39,569 nucleotides of DNA from a virus (lineage: Duplodnaviria; Caudoviricetes). The position numbers and the translations under genes are program-made. A model generated the notes under the pieces. It saw nothing but the letters and a program-made list of their open reading frames with translations, did no database searches and had not been told where the DNA came from. The DNA is taken from the IMG/VR virus record IMGVR_UViG_3300025018_000275, positions 1-39,569 of that record; one strand, written 5' to 3'. How positions within the stretch are numbered: the stretch's first letter is position 1; each line of letters opens with the position of its first letter. This document shows positions 23,999-33,610 of this stretch, piece after piece.

Positions 23999-25567
23999 AT
24001 GACAGGAGCCAGCACCATCAGTCGCCCCGAGGTGACGATTGCCATCGAGGGCGCCAACCAGTCCGTCAGCAATACCGACCAGCTGGTCCTGCTCGTCGGC
24101 GTCATGGATAACGCGAACGGCACGGCAGTGCCTGGCAACCTGGCCGAAAACGTGCCGATCGATTTCGCCAGCATCGATGCGCTGTTCGGTCCCAAGTCCC
24201 CGGTGGCATCGGCCGCGCGCGCGTTCCGCAAGGTCAACCAGGTCACGCAGCTGGATGTGATCCCGCTGGATCCTGCCGTCGGCGCCAACGCCGCGGGCCT
24301 GGTGACGTTTACCGGCACCGCGACCGAGGACGGCGAGATCACGGTGGTCGTCGGTTCCGAGGACGACCATTCCTACACGCTGACGATCAGCAGCGGCGAC
24401 ACCGCCACGGTCATCGGCGATGCGCTGGAGGCGGCGATCACCGCCGATGCGCGATCGCAGGTGACGGCAAACAACACGGCCGGCGCGGTTGCGCTTACCG
24501 CTGTTTTCGATGGCCTGGAAGGCAACGACATCCCGCTGCGCGTCATTGGCGGCGCCGGACAGGTCGCCGGCGTCACGGCCGTCGTCACGACGGCGATGTC
24601 CAGCGGCTCAGGCGATCCGTCGTCCGCATCCACGTTTGACGTCGTCGCCAACCAGCGATACCAGACGGTGGTGTTCCCCGGATCGTGGGACGTCAGCGTC
24701 CTGACGGGGTTTCTCGACCCGCGGTTCAACGTCACCAACGACGTGCTCGACGGCGTCGGCATCGTCACCCAGACCGATACGCTGGCCAACCTGCTGTCGG
24801 CCAACAATGCACTGAACTCACAGAGCCTGGTCACGCTCAACTTTAATACGGTCGCGGAAACGGACTTCCGCGGCAGTTCGATGCTCGAGTTCGAGCTCAA
24901 CGTGTCGGCGCAGTTTGCCGGCGCGCGCTCGGCACGACTGACCGACGGCGCGCTGATCTCCGAACTGCTGGTCGGCCAGCAGGCGCTCGATGCTCGCGGC
25001 GGCCCTGCCCTGGCATCGCGGCCGTACTTCAACACGCCGTTTCCGAACCTGCCGCTGATCGGCATCGACAAGGGCTGGAGCGAGGTGGAGATCGGCCAGC
25101 TGGTCGCCGCCGGCGGCTCGACGATCGGCGTCAACAAGACGCGCACGCTGGCCATCGCCGGCACGATCGTCACGACGTACAAGACCGATGCCGCCTCCAA
25201 TCCGGACACGAGTTTCGATTTCCTGAACAAGGTCGACACCGCGTCGAATGCGCGCGAGTTCATCTTCAACAACCTGAAAGCGGATTTCTCGCAGTTCCGT
25301 CTGACGACCGGCTCGCTCGTGCCAGGACGGCCGATGGCCAACTCGCAGCTGATTCGCGGTACGCTGATGTCCTACTACCGGACTCTCAGCGGCCCGGACT
25401 ATGTGCTGACGCAGGCCGGAGCCATTGCCGAGGCGACGTTCTCGGAAAACATGACGATCTCGCTGGATCTGAATACCGGACTGGTCACGGTCGTTTTCGA
25501 CAAGGTGCCGCTGGTCAGTCAGTTCCGCGAATTCTTCGGGACGTTCCGCGTTTCGTTCGACGTTTAA
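23999..25567 (+). CDS. Contractile tail sheath (Mu gpL-like)
   Basis: LFG..S, A.G.VTFTGTATEDG.I, V.LTA...G..GNDI, VTTYKT.A....D.SF. 522 aa. Confidence 0.9.
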   Translation: MTGASTISRPEVTIAIEGANQSVSNTDQLVLLVGVMDNANGTAVPGNLAENVPIDFASIDALFGPKSPVASAARAFRKVNQVTQLDVIPLDPAVGANAAGLVTFTGTATEDGEITVVVGSEDDHSYTLTISSGDTATVIGDALEAAITADARSQVTANNTAGAVALTAVFDGLEGNDIPLRVIGGAGQVAGVTAVVTTAMSSGSGDPSSASTFDVVANQRYQTVVFPGSWDVSVLTGFLDPRFNVTNDVLDGVGIVTQTDTLANLLSANNALNSQSLVTLNFNTVAETDFRGSSMLEFELNVSAQFAGARSARLTDGALISELLVGQQALDARGGPALASRPYFNTPFPNLPLIGIDKGWSEVEIGQLVAAGGSTIGVNKTRTLAIAGTIVTTYKTDAASNPDTSFDFLNKVDTASNAREFIFNNLKADFSQFRLTTGSLVPGRPMANSQLIRGTLMSYYRTLSGPDYVLTQAGAIAEATFSENMTISLDLNTGLVTVVFDKVPLVSQFREFFGTFRVSFDV

Positions 25568-25600
25568 CCGCGGACCTTGCCGCCTGAGTAGGAGATACAC

Positions 25601-25984
25601 ATGGGTGCCCTGAATGTCGTCCAGATGACCATCAACAACGAGGCCATCGGGATCAAGCCGAACACGTTTGAATTCACGCCCGGTCGTGGCGACCGCCGGG
25701 TGCGCACGAAGATGTCCGGCAACAACAAGCAGACGGTGCTGAGCGTCGACAAGGAGACCGAGTTCTCCAAGGTCATGTTCACGCTGATCACCGAAACCGA
25801 TACGGCAAAAAAGATCATGGAATGGCAGGACAACTTCGACGCCAACGTCATCGTTGCCCAGGACGACGGCGGCAACACCTACACCTTCAACCAGGCGATC
25901 CTGCTGACCGACCCCAGTATCAAGTCAGGCGTCGACGGTGAGACGCCGATCGAATTTCAGTCCGAGACCGTCGCCAAGGGCTGA
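25601..25984 (+). CDS. Tail tube protein
   Basis: AGGAG RBS. 127-aa beta-rich protein directly after the sheath gene. Confidence 0.8.
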   Translation: MGALNVVQMTINNEAIGIKPNTFEFTPGRGDRRVRTKMSGNNKQTVLSVDKETEFSKVMFTLITETDTAKKIMEWQDNFDANVIVAQDDGGNTYTFNQAILLTDPSIKSGVDGETPIEFQSETVAKG

Positions 25985-26014
25985 GACCCAAACAATCACA
26001 ACGAGCAATGAAAC

Positions 26015-26542
26015 ATGAAAATCGCCAACCTGCGGGAGACCGCAGAGCATAGGCTCTCCGAGCCGGTAGAGTACGCCGATCACGGCGAAACCAAGCAGAC
26101 GCTCGAGCTCTCCCTCGTCTGCCCGTCGACCGACCAGTGGGGCGACGCGACCAAACTCCGCAAGGCATTCTCCAAGGCGATCGTCGAGCACATCGCCTTC
26201 ATGCAGGACCGCATGGACATCGATGCCGTCGAGGCCGCCAAGCTGGCTGCAGCCGAAAAAACCGCTGCCGACGCCAATGACCAGGACGACGGCTACCAGT
26301 TCGACCGCGATGACGTCTGCCGCATTGTCGAGCTTTCCGATACGTTTGATCTGCCGAAAAACATCAAGGTACTCGGCCGGCTGCTGACCAGTGGCTGCGG
26401 GCTCGTCGAAGGCAAGACGATGAACCAGATCCAGTGGTCGAAAGTGACGCCCGAGGACCGGGAGGAGGTGCTGATTTCGTTTCTGGAAAATTTTATCCAG
26501 CCCTTCGCATTGAGGGCGACAGGGCTGCTCTCGACTACCTGA
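26015..26542 (+). CDS. Tail assembly chaperone (gpG-like)
   Basis: Lies between the tube and tape measure genes. Slippery site near its 3' end. Confidence 0.75.
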   Translation: MKIANLRETAEHRLSEPVEYADHGETKQTLELSLVCPSTDQWGDATKLRKAFSKAIVEHIAFMQDRMDIDAVEAAKLAAAEKTAADANDQDDGYQFDRDDVCRIVELSDTFDLPKNIKVLGRLLTSGCGLVEGKTMNQIQWSKVTPEDREEVLISFLENFIQPFALRATGLLSTT

Positions 26543-26664
26543 CAGCGGCGCTGATAAAATTCTACGAGGGCGGCATCACGCTGGCCGAATTTCGCGCAAT
26601 GCCGGTGGCCACGCTGTTTCGATATCGGCGCTACGCCGAGCAACTGAACGCGCCGAGGGAATGA
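26488..26664 (+). CDS. -1 frameshift extension of the tail chaperone (gpGT-like)
   Basis: In-frame heptamer A AAT TTT (26488-26494). The -1 frame is open to TGA 26664, 3 nt before the tape measure ATG. Confidence 0.7.
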   Translation, partial: KFYPALRIEGDRAALDYLTAALIKFYEGGITLAEFRAMPVATLFRYRRYAEQLNAPRE

Positions 26665-26667
26665 TCG

Positions 26668-28242
26668 ATGGCATTTAGCGTCAGCTGGGTTTATAAGGCC
26701 GTCGACAAGTTCTCCGGCCCGATGCTGAAAATGCGCCGTTCCAGCGAGAAGCTGGACCGGGCCGTGGTCAAAAACGAAAAAGCCGTCCGGCGCCTTGGCA
26801 CAACAAGCACCCGAACCTCCGCGGCCCTTAAATCCGGCGCCAGGCGCATGCTGGCGGCCGCCACGGTATTTCTGAGCGCCACCGCGGTATTCCGCAAGGG
26901 GATGGCCTTTCAGGACGCCGCAGCCGATCTGTCGGCGATTACCGGGGCCATGGGTGATGACCTTGAGATGCTCCAGGCCGAGGCGTTCCGGATGGGCAAG
27001 GCCGGTGCCGTGGCCGGCAACGAGGTGCTGACCGGCATGAAGCTGGTCGCCAGTGCCAAGCCCGAGCTGCTCAAGAACCTGCCCGCGCTCGCAGCGATGA
27101 CCGAGCAGGTCATTACGCTCAAAAACGCCGCCGGCATGGACATGCCCGCCGCCGCGGAGGCCGCCGCGACTTCGCTGAATATTTTCGGCAAAGAGGCAAA
27201 CCAGGCCGGCAAGTTCATCGACATCCTGGCGGCCGGCGCGAAGTTCGGCTCCAGTGAGATCACCAACAGCTACCTGGCCGCACGCGATGCAGGCCCGGCG
27301 GCCCATGCTGCGGGGCTGAGCTTTTTGCAGCTGAACGCGGCCATCCAGACGACGGCGCGCGGCGGGTTTGTCGGAACCCGGGCAGGCACCGCGCTGAACG
27401 CGATCTTTTCCCGGCTGAAAAAATCCGGCATCGATATCCAGAAAATTGGACTCGAGCGCACGTTCGAGCTGATCGGCAAGAATCTCGAAGCGCAGACCAG
27501 CCTGACCGCGCGCGCGGCGATGGAAGAGAAGCTGTTCGGCATGGAGCATGCCAAGGTCGGGCTGGCGCTGGTGAAAAACCGCCGGTTGCTGACCGAGTTC
27601 GAAAACGTGCTCGGCACGTCCGGCGTCGCACAGGAGCAGGCGACGACGCGCCTTGGCACGCTGAGCGCGAAACTTCGCACCGTCGGGGTGGTAATCGAGG
27701 AAAAGCTGGTGCGCCTGTTCATCCGGCTGGAACCGCGGATCAATACGATGGTCGATCGGTTCGGCGCATGGATCGACAGCATCGATGACGACAAGATCGA
27801 CAAGTTTGCTGATTCGGTGAGCTCACTGGTTGGCGTGATGTCGAACCTGGCAACCGTTGCGGGCACGGTGCTTAAACTGTTCGATCTGCTGGCGCTGAAC
27901 CCGATCAGCAAGGCGATCGATTTCTCGTTCGGCGGCGCCGGCAACTTCGGCGAGCTGATGGAGGAATCCGGAGCTACCGACGCCACGAAGGCCAAGCGAC
28001 GACAGCGCCGCATGGAGCAATACCGATCGATGCAGGCGGCCGACCTGGTCCGCTCAATGCTGACCCTGCAGGCCCCGGACAATCGCGTCGGCGCGCACGC
28101 GGTCCTGGCGCCGGCTTACCGGGCGCAGTTTGACGCCAACATCAACCTGAACGATCCGGGGCGCTATGTCCGCTCTGTGGAGAGCAAGGGCCCGGCCGCC
28201 ATTGCCCTGAACCAGGGGCCGAACCTGGCCGCGGGGCGCTGA
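26668..28242 (+). CDS. Tape measure protein (TP901-like core), short
   Basis: AVDKFSGP, F.....DLSAITGA, D.LAAGAK.G..EI, AGTAL..IF, A.EQA..R..TL. Confidence 0.9.
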   Translation: MAFSVSWVYKAVDKFSGPMLKMRRSSEKLDRAVVKNEKAVRRLGTTSTRTSAALKSGARRMLAAATVFLSATAVFRKGMAFQDAAADLSAITGAMGDDLEMLQAEAFRMGKAGAVAGNEVLTGMKLVASAKPELLKNLPALAAMTEQVITLKNAAGMDMPAAAEAAATSLNIFGKEANQAGKFIDILAAGAKFGSSEITNSYLAARDAGPAAHAAGLSFLQLNAAIQTTARGGFVGTRAGTALNAIFSRLKKSGIDIQKIGLERTFELIGKNLEAQTSLTARAAMEEKLFGMEHAKVGLALVKNRRLLTEFENVLGTSGVAQEQATTRLGTLSAKLRTVGVVIEEKLVRLFIRLEPRINTMVDRFGAWIDSIDDDKIDKFADSVSSLVGVMSNLATVAGTVLKLFDLLALNPISKAIDFSFGGAGNFGELMEESGATDATKAKRRQRRMEQYRSMQAADLVRSMLTLQAPDNRVGAHAVLAPAYRAQFDANINLNDPGRYVRSVESKGPAAIALNQGPNLAAGR

Positions 28243-28243
28243 C

Positions 28244-29533
28244 ATGCCGCTGCCGGACCAGAAAAAAATCCGTGCGGCCTCGTGGCGTGGCGTCGAATTC
28301 CTGCTCGACTCGGTCACTACCGAGGGCGGTCAGAAAACGGTCGTGCACGAGTACCCGAACCGCGACGCGCGCACGGTCGAGAGCCTCGGCATCCTGGAGG
28401 ACGTTTTCACCGTCACGGCAATTATCACCGGGACCGACTATTACGCGCGCAAAAAGGCGCTGCGCAACGCGATCCGCACCGCCGGCATCGGCGAATTCGT
28501 GCATCCGTGGGACGGCTCGGTGCTGTGCGAGGTCGACGGCGGGTACTCGTACACCGAGACCGACCGGACCTTTGGCGAGGCGGTGTTTACCTTCAAGCTG
28601 GCGCGCGCGGACGCGATCTTCATTCCCGAGACGTCCGGCTCAGGCCTTGACGACGTTCTCAACCAGGTGACCGCAGCCAAGGACTCGCTGGCCGAGGGCG
28701 TCGGTTCGATCTTCGGCGTCTCCGCCGGCTTTCCCAAGAACTTCGAAGAGGCAAAGTCCCTGCTGGAAAGCGCCGGCGACTGGATGAACGAAAAGCGCCA
28801 GATTTTTGTCCAGGCGCAGGAGGAGGTGAGCTCTGTCACCCGGGTCATCGACGATTTCACCGCCGATATCAACGCGCTGATCACCGCCCCGGCGCAGCTG
28901 GGCACCCGGCTGATCAGCCTGTTCACCGCGACGGTCGAGCTCTTCACGACGCCTGTGGAGCGATTTGACGCGACTTTGCAGTTTTTCGGGTTCGGGGTAG
29001 ACGCTCCGGCGATCTCCACGCAGAGGACGTTTCAGGGCGTCACGCTGGACGCCGCGCCGCTGATCGAGCGCCTGAACAACCAGTCGAACATCGTCAACAC
29101 CATGAATGCGGCGGCCCTGGCCGAGTCCTATGCGGCGGCCGTGCAGCGCCAGTACCTGACGACGGCCGAGCTCGACGCCGCACAGCGGGCCATGGAGGCG
29201 CAGTTCGAGGCGGTGTTCGGCGATCTGGACCTGTCCGAGACGTCCAGCAGCGCCCTGTTCGAGGACATCGCCAAGTTCCAGAACATCGGGTTCGGCCTGA
29301 CCGAGGACACCCGGCAGGCGTTTTCTGACCTGCGCGACGGCGTGCGCGCCTTTCTCGATTCCGAGCGCCTGCGCACCAGCCAGGTGGTCGGCATCCACAC
29401 GCGGCAAATGCCGGTGTCCGTGCTGGCGTTTCAGTATTACGGCGACAGCGCCCGGGCCGCCGATATCATCGCGCTGAACAAGATCAGAGACGTCAGCTTC
29501 GTGGCCGGCGATGTTGACCTGCTGAGCCAATGA
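28244..29533 (+). CDS. Mu gpN-like DNA circularisation / tail protein
   Basis: ASWRGV.F...G...VVHEYP.RD...E.LG N-terminus. C-terminal P..VLA..YYGD..RA..I..LN. Confidence 0.88.
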   Translation: MPLPDQKKIRAASWRGVEFLLDSVTTEGGQKTVVHEYPNRDARTVESLGILEDVFTVTAIITGTDYYARKKALRNAIRTAGIGEFVHPWDGSVLCEVDGGYSYTETDRTFGEAVFTFKLARADAIFIPETSGSGLDDVLNQVTAAKDSLAEGVGSIFGVSAGFPKNFEEAKSLLESAGDWMNEKRQIFVQAQEEVSSVTRVIDDFTADINALITAPAQLGTRLISLFTATVELFTTPVERFDATLQFFGFGVDAPAISTQRTFQGVTLDAAPLIERLNNQSNIVNTMNAAALAESYAAAVQRQYLTTAELDAAQRAMEAQFEAVFGDLDLSETSSSALFEDIAKFQNIGFGLTEDTRQAFSDLRDGVRAFLDSERLRTSQVVGIHTRQMPVSVLAFQYYGDSARAADIIALNKIRDVSFVAGDVDLLSQ

Positions 29534-30645
29534 TCACGCTCGAGGTCGATGGACGGCCGTACAAAAACTTTACCTCGATCGAGGTCGGCAAATCGCTGGA
29601 CAAACTGACCGGGTATTTCGAATTCCGGGCGACCTCGACCATCGACCAGCAGGCACGCTTCCCGATCAAGACCGGCCAGGCGTGCACGATCACGGTCGAC
29701 GGCGAAACGGAGCTGACCGGCTTCATCGAGGTCGTTGGCGGCAGCTACGCCAGCAGCGAACACGAGATCGTGATCCAGGGCCGCGACAAGACCGCGGACG
29801 TCGTCGACAGCACCATCGGCGGGGATATCGGCTTTAACGAGCAGAACATCAGCATCGAAAAGGTCACGGCCACGGTGTTGAAAACGCTCGGCATCACCGG
29901 CATCGGCGTCTCGGTCTCCAGCGCCACGCCGGTGGCCGGATTCGGCACCAGCGAGATCGTCGATGCCGACACCGGCGACACGGTTTTCGAGTACCTGGAG
30001 CGGTACAGCCGCAAGCGGCAGCTGCTGATGACGACCGACCAGAACGGCGACATCCTCTATCAGCGCGCCAGCGGCGTCCTGCTCGAGGGGTTTGCCCTGC
30101 GGAATGAGCCGGGCGGCAAGAAAAACAACATCCTGAGCGCCTCATGGACCAACAACGTCGGCCAGCTGTTCAACCAGTACATTATGAAATCGCAGGGAAA
30201 CGCGGTGGCGCTGAACCTGACCGGCATCCCGGTGGTGTCGGAGGTGGTTGCCACGCAAAACCCGCCGGTGGTCGATGACCTGATCCGCAAATCACGGATC
30301 TACCACATGGTCGCCGAATCGTCATCGAGCCGGGAAAATCTCGAAAAGCGCGCGAAGTGGGAGGCCAACATCGCGCGCGCGCGGGCGTTTGCCTACCAGT
30401 GCATCGTGCAGGGACATTCGCGTCCCGGCGGCGGCCCGTGGTTGCTGAACCGGCTGGTGCGGATCGTCGACGTGTTTGCCGGCAAGGACGAGCATTACCT
30501 GCTCAACTCGATCACCTGGCGCGTCGATACGACACGCGGCTCGACCACCTCGCTCGGATTTGTGCCGAAGGACTCGTACCTGGTCGAACTCTCGGAACCT
30601 GAAAAAGCCGTGAAATCAGCGGCTGTGGAGTTTAACTTCAACTGA
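29530..30645 (+). CDS. Baseplate hub (Mu gp44/gpP-like)
   Basis: L.VDG..Y..F, G..C...VDG...LTG.I, GRDKTADVVDS, RA.WE.N..RAR, W..N.LV...D. Confidence 0.88.
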   Translation: MITLEVDGRPYKNFTSIEVGKSLDKLTGYFEFRATSTIDQQARFPIKTGQACTITVDGETELTGFIEVVGGSYASSEHEIVIQGRDKTADVVDSTIGGDIGFNEQNISIEKVTATVLKTLGITGIGVSVSSATPVAGFGTSEIVDADTGDTVFEYLERYSRKRQLLMTTDQNGDILYQRASGVLLEGFALRNEPGGKKNNILSASWTNNVGQLFNQYIMKSQGNAVALNLTGIPVVSEVVATQNPPVVDDLIRKSRIYHMVAESSSSRENLEKRAKWEANIARARAFAYQCIVQGHSRPGGGPWLLNRLVRIVDVFAGKDEHYLLNSITWRVDTTRGSTTSLGFVPKDSYLVELSEPEKAVKSAAVEFNFN

Positions 30646-31277
30646 TGAGACACCTGATCAAAGCGATGATCCGGCTCGCGCAGAAAACGCGCACCACGGA
30701 CACCACGACCAACTTCCCGGCCGCGCAGGCCTCCTGGCTCGGAAAATCCGGCAATTTCATCGTCTGGCAGCCATACGGGACATTCGGCAACGCGCCGGTC
30801 GACAGCTATACGCTGCTGATCAACCTGATGGGCCAGGAGGAAAACCGCATCGGGCTGGAAACCGCGCTGGCCTCAGAGGTCGCCGGGCCGATGGTGCAGG
30901 CGCTCGAGGGCGGTCTCGTGGAGGGCGAGTACCTGATCGGCAATGTCGTCACCGGCGCTTATCAGAAATTCAGACAGGACGGGGTGATCGAGATCAACTC
31001 GCCGGCCGGTCTTGAGATCGACATCACGGGCCCGGCCGAGATCACGGCCAGCGGCGACGTGACGATCAACTGTGCCAGTGCCAGCGTGACGGCCAGCGGC
31101 GACGTCGATGTCAGCGCGACGAACTGCAACCTGGACGCCAAGTGCAATCTTGGCTCGGGCGGCCCGGCGATCGCGCGCCTGGGCGACGCCGTGCAGGTGA
31201 CGGTCGCCTCCGGGTCGAGCGCCGGCAACTGGACGGGTACAATTACCGCCGGCAGCGGCAACCACACGGCAGATTAG
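30645..31277 (+). CDS. Baseplate spike (Mu gp45/gpV-like)
   Basis: QPYG...P, L.EGE, beta-helix ITASGDV repeats, C-terminal IARLGD.V...G.I..GS. Confidence 0.85.
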   Translation: MRHLIKAMIRLAQKTRTTDTTTNFPAAQASWLGKSGNFIVWQPYGTFGNAPVDSYTLLINLMGQEENRIGLETALASEVAGPMVQALEGGLVEGEYLIGNVVTGAYQKFRQDGVIEINSPAGLEIDITGPAEITASGDVTINCASASVTASGDVDVSATNCNLDAKCNLGSGGPAIARLGDAVQVTVASGSSAGNWTGTITAGSGNHTAD

Positions 31278-31280
31278 GCG

Positions 31281-31739
31281 ATGGCCGAAATCATCGACGT
31301 CCGGATATCCCAGGAGCAAAACGGCTCCTTCGACCTGTCGGTCGGGGCGAACGGGGATCTGGAAACGGTGGCCGGGTTCGACACCGCCATCCTGATGTCG
31401 GTTTTCTGCGAGCGTCGTGCCAGTGCCGACCAGGTGCCGACGCCGCGGCTGCGGCGCGGCTGGATCGGCAACGAGGACGGCGATGATCCGGATTTCGAGA
31501 TCGGCTCGCTGATCTGGCTTTACGAGCAGGCCAGGCTGAACTCAGATACAGCGAACGGTGTAGAATCGCATGCGAACACGGCACTTGCCTGGTTTCTCGA
31601 GGACAACCTGCTGACGCAGATTGAGACCGAGGCGTCCTTTTCCGGCGCCGGTGTATCGCTGCTGGTGATCTTCAGGACGGAAACCGGCCCGGTCGAAACG
31701 CGCAACTTTGAACTCTGGAAAAATACGGGGATCGGTTAA
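31281..31739 (+). CDS. Baseplate protein (Mu gp46-like)
   Basis: TA...S.F.ERRA, RRGWIG, GS..WL..Q..L, AL.W..ED. Confidence 0.88.
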   Translation: MAEIIDVRISQEQNGSFDLSVGANGDLETVAGFDTAILMSVFCERRASADQVPTPRLRRGWIGNEDGDDPDFEIGSLIWLYEQARLNSDTANGVESHANTALAWFLEDNLLTQIETEASFSGAGVSLLVIFRTETGPVETRNFELWKNTGIG

Positions 31740-33049
31740 TGCCGCTGAATTTGCCAGGCACATCGCGCGAGGTGGTCCAGCGCAGCAAGACGGACGTCCA
31801 GCGCGAGCTTCCATCCTCCAACCCGTTTTTGCGCAATTCCGCGATCAGCGCCCTGATCACCGCCTGTGCCCGCCGGGTGTTCGATTTTTACGTTCAGCTG
31901 TCCGAGGCCATCAAGCAGATGACCTGGTCGACCGCGACCGACGACGCGCTGGATGACTGGGCCTCTGTGTTCGGCATCGTGCGCAACCCGGCTACCGCCG
32001 GGGCCGGTGATGTTGTCGCCACGGGCACGCTGGCCAGCATCATTCCGCTCGGCACGGTGCTGACGTCCAGCGATGGGCTCGAATACACGGTCGATGCGAC
32101 GGTGGCCATTTCCAACCTGGCGCTGAGCATTACCAGCCTGACGAGCTCGGGCACGACGGCGACGGCCCAGACGGCCAGCGCCCACGGCCTGGCAGATAAC
32201 GTCGACACCACGATCAGCGGCGCGACCTATTCGCCATACAACGGCACGTTCGAGATCTCGGTGGTCGACGAGACGACGTTCACCTACGAGATGGCCTCGT
32301 CGACGACCAGCCCGGACACCGGCTCGCCGAGCCTGTCGGCCGATATCGCCGTGCTTGCGCTGACCTCCACGGCCGAAGGGCTGGCCAATAACCAGCTGCC
32401 CGGCACGCCGCTGACGTTCTCCGCGCCCATTGCCGGCGTCGATACCATTGCCACGGTTGGCTATCCGGGGATCGATGGCGCGGTCGACATCGAGTCTGAC
32501 GCCGATTTCCGGGTTCGGTTCTTCGAACGGACGCAGAACCCGGTGGCGCACTTCAATGTCGCCGATATTGTGCAGCAGGCCAAGCGCGTCGAGGGCGTCA
32601 CGCGCGTGTTCGTCCAGGGGGTCACGCCGGCGGTCGGACAGGTCACCATCTATTTTACGCGCGACAACGACACCAGCCTGATCCCGAGCGCCGGCGAGGT
32701 GACCACGGTCAAGAACAAGATTCTGGAGATCAAACCGGCCAACACCGCAGACGCCGATGTGATCGTCGCCGCGCCGACCGGCGCGTCGCAGGACTTCACC
32801 TTCACCGCGCTGTCACCAAACACGGCCACCATGAAGGCGGCGGTCGAGGCCAGCCTTGACCTGTTTTTCCGGGAGGAAACGGTCGTCGGCGAGGACGTCG
32901 ACGAGGACGCCTATCGGTCGGCGATCTTCAACACCATCGACACTGAGACGGGCAACCGGGTCACGACGTTCACGCTGTCAACCCCGAGCGGCGATATCTC
33001 GCGAGCAGCCGGTGAGATCACCACGCTCGGCACGGTGACTTTCCCATGA
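31739..33049 (+). CDS. Baseplate wedge J-like (Mu gp47-like)
   Basis: A....LD.WA...GI.R.PAT.., G.D.ESDA.FR.R, A..V.GVTRVFV, G.V..YF.RD. Confidence 0.92.
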   Translation: MPLNLPGTSREVVQRSKTDVQRELPSSNPFLRNSAISALITACARRVFDFYVQLSEAIKQMTWSTATDDALDDWASVFGIVRNPATAGAGDVVATGTLASIIPLGTVLTSSDGLEYTVDATVAISNLALSITSLTSSGTTATAQTASAHGLADNVDTTISGATYSPYNGTFEISVVDETTFTYEMASSTTSPDTGSPSLSADIAVLALTSTAEGLANNQLPGTPLTFSAPIAGVDTIATVGYPGIDGAVDIESDADFRVRFFERTQNPVAHFNVADIVQQAKRVEGVTRVFVQGVTPAVGQVTIYFTRDNDTSLIPSAGEVTTVKNKILEIKPANTADADVIVAAPTGASQDFTFTALSPNTATMKAAVEASLDLFFREETVVGEDVDEDAYRSAIFNTIDTETGNRVTTFTLSTPSGDISRAAGEITTLGTVTFP

Positions 33050-33600
33050 CCATCCGGCTGTTTCGTGGGCACAACGTTGACGAGCATGCCAACTCGACGG
33101 CCGCGTACCTGCCGGGCGGCCGGCTGTTCGCCGCCGGCTGGACGCCGGGATCGGTGCTGCGCGGGCTGATTCGCGGGGTTTCGGCCGAGTTCAAGCGCGT
33201 CGAGGACTTTCTGCGCAGCCTGGCCGTCGAGCTGGACCCGCGCACCACCAGCCTGTTCATCACCGAATGGGAGCGCAACGTCGGCATCCCGGACACCTGC
33301 TACCAGGGAACCGGGACGCTCACCGAGCGGCGCCGCGACGTGCTGGCGAAGCTGGTGTCGTCGGGCCTACAGACCGAGCAGGATTACATCGATTTCGTGG
33401 CTTTGTTCGGCTGGACCGCGACGGTTTCACAGGGCGCATCGAAGTTTGAGATAATCATCACGTTTATCGGCACGGCGCCACAGGTATTTCCTTTGACGTA
33501 CCCGATTCCGTTCGGAGACCCGCTGCTCGCGACAATGTCATGCATACTCAGCAAGCTAAAACCGGCCAACTGCACGATTTCATTCGTCGCCACACCCTGA
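33046..33600 (+). CDS. Baseplate protein (Mu gp48 / DUF2313-like)
   Basis: LP.G, E.DPRTT....EWE...G.PD.C, T..ERR..V.AKL, C....LKPA. Confidence 0.88.
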   Translation: MTIRLFRGHNVDEHANSTAAYLPGGRLFAAGWTPGSVLRGLIRGVSAEFKRVEDFLRSLAVELDPRTTSLFITEWERNVGIPDTCYQGTGTLTERRRDVLAKLVSSGLQTEQDYIDFVALFGWTATVSQGASKFEIIITFIGTAPQVFPLTYPIPFGDPLLATMSCILSKLKPANCTISFVATP

Positions 33601-33610
33601 CGGAGATCGC

